Source: Octopus sinensis
Taxonomy: Eukaryota
Length of the DNA: 64,000 nt
Direction of reading: 5' to 3'
NCBI RefSeq assembly: GCF_006345805.1
Contig: NC_043009.1
Location: forward strand, 61,380,001 to 61,444,000
The translations under genes and the position numbers were made by a program. This document shows, piece after piece, positions 61,963 to 64,000 of the stretch. Every line of letters starts with the position of its first letter. The first letter of the stretch is position 1. Below the pieces are notes generated by a model. It had not been told where the DNA came from, did no database searches, and worked only from the letters and a program-made list of their open reading frames with translations.

Positions 61963-63199
61963 AGAGGGAGGGAGAGAGCTTTTGAAGTGATGTACAGATA
62001 TTGTATATTGAGAATAACTAAGTAGTGGGACTGTTTGATGATTATATATATTTTTATTTACATTTTTAGCGCTTTCTTCTGTTATGGGATTTACCAAAAA
62101 GTGGTTTACAGTAAGTTTGCTTCACCTTTTTTATATAAAATTGGAACTGATGATGTTTTAGAAAGGGGGAGAGGGGGGATGAACAAATCAGAAAGGAAGG
62201 TGCATGGGTGAGAGAGGCGGGAAGAGTGGAAGAAATTTGAAGATAGAGAAGAGAAAAGAAAGTAGAAGGAGTCTTGTTTTAGGGGTTTGCAAAGGAAGGA
62301 AAAAGAAAGAAGAAAAACGTTTGAGAGGGAGGGGGGAGGTAGAGGAGGCATGGCTTTTGTAATCATTGTGGTCAGACTTGTTTCCTTAGAATTTAATATG
62401 CTGTTGTTGTTTTTTCCTTTTTAGTGACCTTTTGAGCGAGGAAAAAATGTTTTTGCATTCAAGTGGTCAAAGTTTTCAATCGGAAAACCAGATGTTGTTT
62501 CTGATTTTCTCTAGGAAGAATTATAATTACGTTTCAAGGTCTTGTTTTTGTTTTTTTTTTATTCTTTTGTATTCATTAATGTAAAGGGGAAAGAATGGCT
62601 GTATGGATGCGGTCAATTTTTCTTTTTTTATCAAAATTCCAGATGTTGCTTTCGATTTAGCCATATATGGCTATGTTTTTGAAAAGAGAGATTTTAAAGT
62701 AAGTATAGGTATGATTTTAAATACAATCTGAAAAAAAAGTTCAAGGGTGGGAAAGTGTTTCTCAATTGTAAATATGATCTGAATTTATTTTTAAAGATCA
62801 TAAAAATGATCTGAGTCTAAAAAAAAAGTTGGGGAGGGGGGAAAATCTAAATGTCATTGAAAATATACCTTTCTTAAGTGAATATATTCACAATTATAAA
62901 TACAATCTAAATCAAAGGATTAGATTCTACAAATCATAAGGAATCATAAATATAATCTGAATGGGGGGGGGGAATGTCCATGGAAATATACCTTCTCCCC
63001 AGTAATGATTGGTTTCATACAGGTTAGGTTTGGAGGGAGCCAAACATGGGTATTTTTAGTATTTGTATTATTTTTCCCAATCATATTTTTCAGGAATGTT
63101 GGTTGGATATAGTTTCTTGCCATGGTGTTGTTGTACCCTCAACTTATTCCATTTGATTTGATGGAGCATCCTTGTATATTGATGTAGTTTTTTTCAACC

Positions 63200-64000
63200 G
63201 TTTAATTTTTGTTGAGAACTTTTTTATGAAATATAGTTCCGTTGTCTTTTGGAACTTTGGGTCGTTCCTTGAATTTTCCTTCTCCACATATTTCCAAATG
63301 TTTGCTCAGTGGAATTTTCTGTAGTTCTTGTTAGATTTGCTGTCTGTGGAGTCTTGCACGTCGGCAAAGGGAATTATTGGTTTCACCAATATAATTCTCC
63401 TTGCATTTGGGCCAAGTAATGCAGTACATGAAATTTTGTGTCCTGCAGTTCATATTTGCATTTACGTTAAATGAAAATCCACTCTTGAATTTTATGTGGG
63501 TGTCCCCATCTACATATTTGTAGTTATCGTTGTTGTTGGATATTCCACAATTGCTATCTCCACATTCTTTTAAGAAGAACTCTGTTTCATTCTCTGATGT
63601 GAATTTTGCCCTTGTGAGTTGTTTTCTGAGGTTTTTTTTTTTCCTGGCATTTATTATTTTGTAGGTAGCTTTTATCTATCAGCTTTCTCATTTTGGGGCT
63701 CTGTAAGAGTATTGGTAGGTTTGATTGTATAACATAGAAAATTTTGGTTATTCCAGGGTTGTGTGTATTAATAAATAGAATAGTATGTTCCTTGCTTTTT
63801 TTTCTTTTGAAGTCCTTAGTTGTGTGATGTCTAATTTCATCACTTTCAGGATTCCATTATTTATTAGTTTCACAGGGCAATTTTGTTCTTGTAAGAAGTT
63901 TTTGAGTTCATCAAGTCTAATTTGGCATATTTGTGGGTATGGTGCCAATGCATCTTGCCATACTGTATGGAATGTTCCTTTTGATGTGTGAGGGGTGTCA
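63200..64000 (-). mobile_element. Penelope-like element: RT C-terminus and GIY-YIG endonuclease, degenerate, runs off the right edge
   Basis: RLDELKNFLQEQNCPVKLINNGI; KECGDSNCG; NCRTQNFMYCITWPKCKENYIGETNNSLCRRARLHRQQI*. Confidence 0.88.

Overview
Repeat-saturated animal genomic DNA. It is probably from a coleoid cephalopod (Octopus), inferred from the SINE/LINE families and the very high microsatellite density. One protein-coding gene spans most of the window on the minus strand: the axonemal inner-arm dynein WD40 intermediate chain DNAI4/WDR78 (IC138-like). I reconstructed 21 GT-AG exons by hand between 58110 and 1. Their splice phases are all compatible and they give an uninterrupted 2115-nt (705-codon) frame. 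The stop codon lies just off the left edge, and the start exon(s) were not identified with confidence. The introns hold tRNA-derived SINEs, about 20 copies of an RTE-LINE 3' end with tandem hairpin modules, CR1/L2 and RTE fragments, three Tc1/mariner relics, piggyBac-, PIF-, hAT- and Ginger-like MITEs, Helitron/Helentron derivatives, a 1.55-kb foldback element and a Penelope-like element. Almost all ORFs in the supplied track are repeat artefacts. I found no evidence of a novel multi-gene system. The most unusual items are (i) a chimeric insertion at 31580-32235 in which an unrecognised stop-free segment of about 112 codons is fused to the RTE 3' UTR, (ii) the foldback/cruciform element at 49943-51493 and (iii) the modular RTE 3' UTR. 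Protein and family assignments come from recalled motifs, not database searches. Exon boundaries and TIR/TSD ends were counted base by base; other repeat coordinates are approximate.
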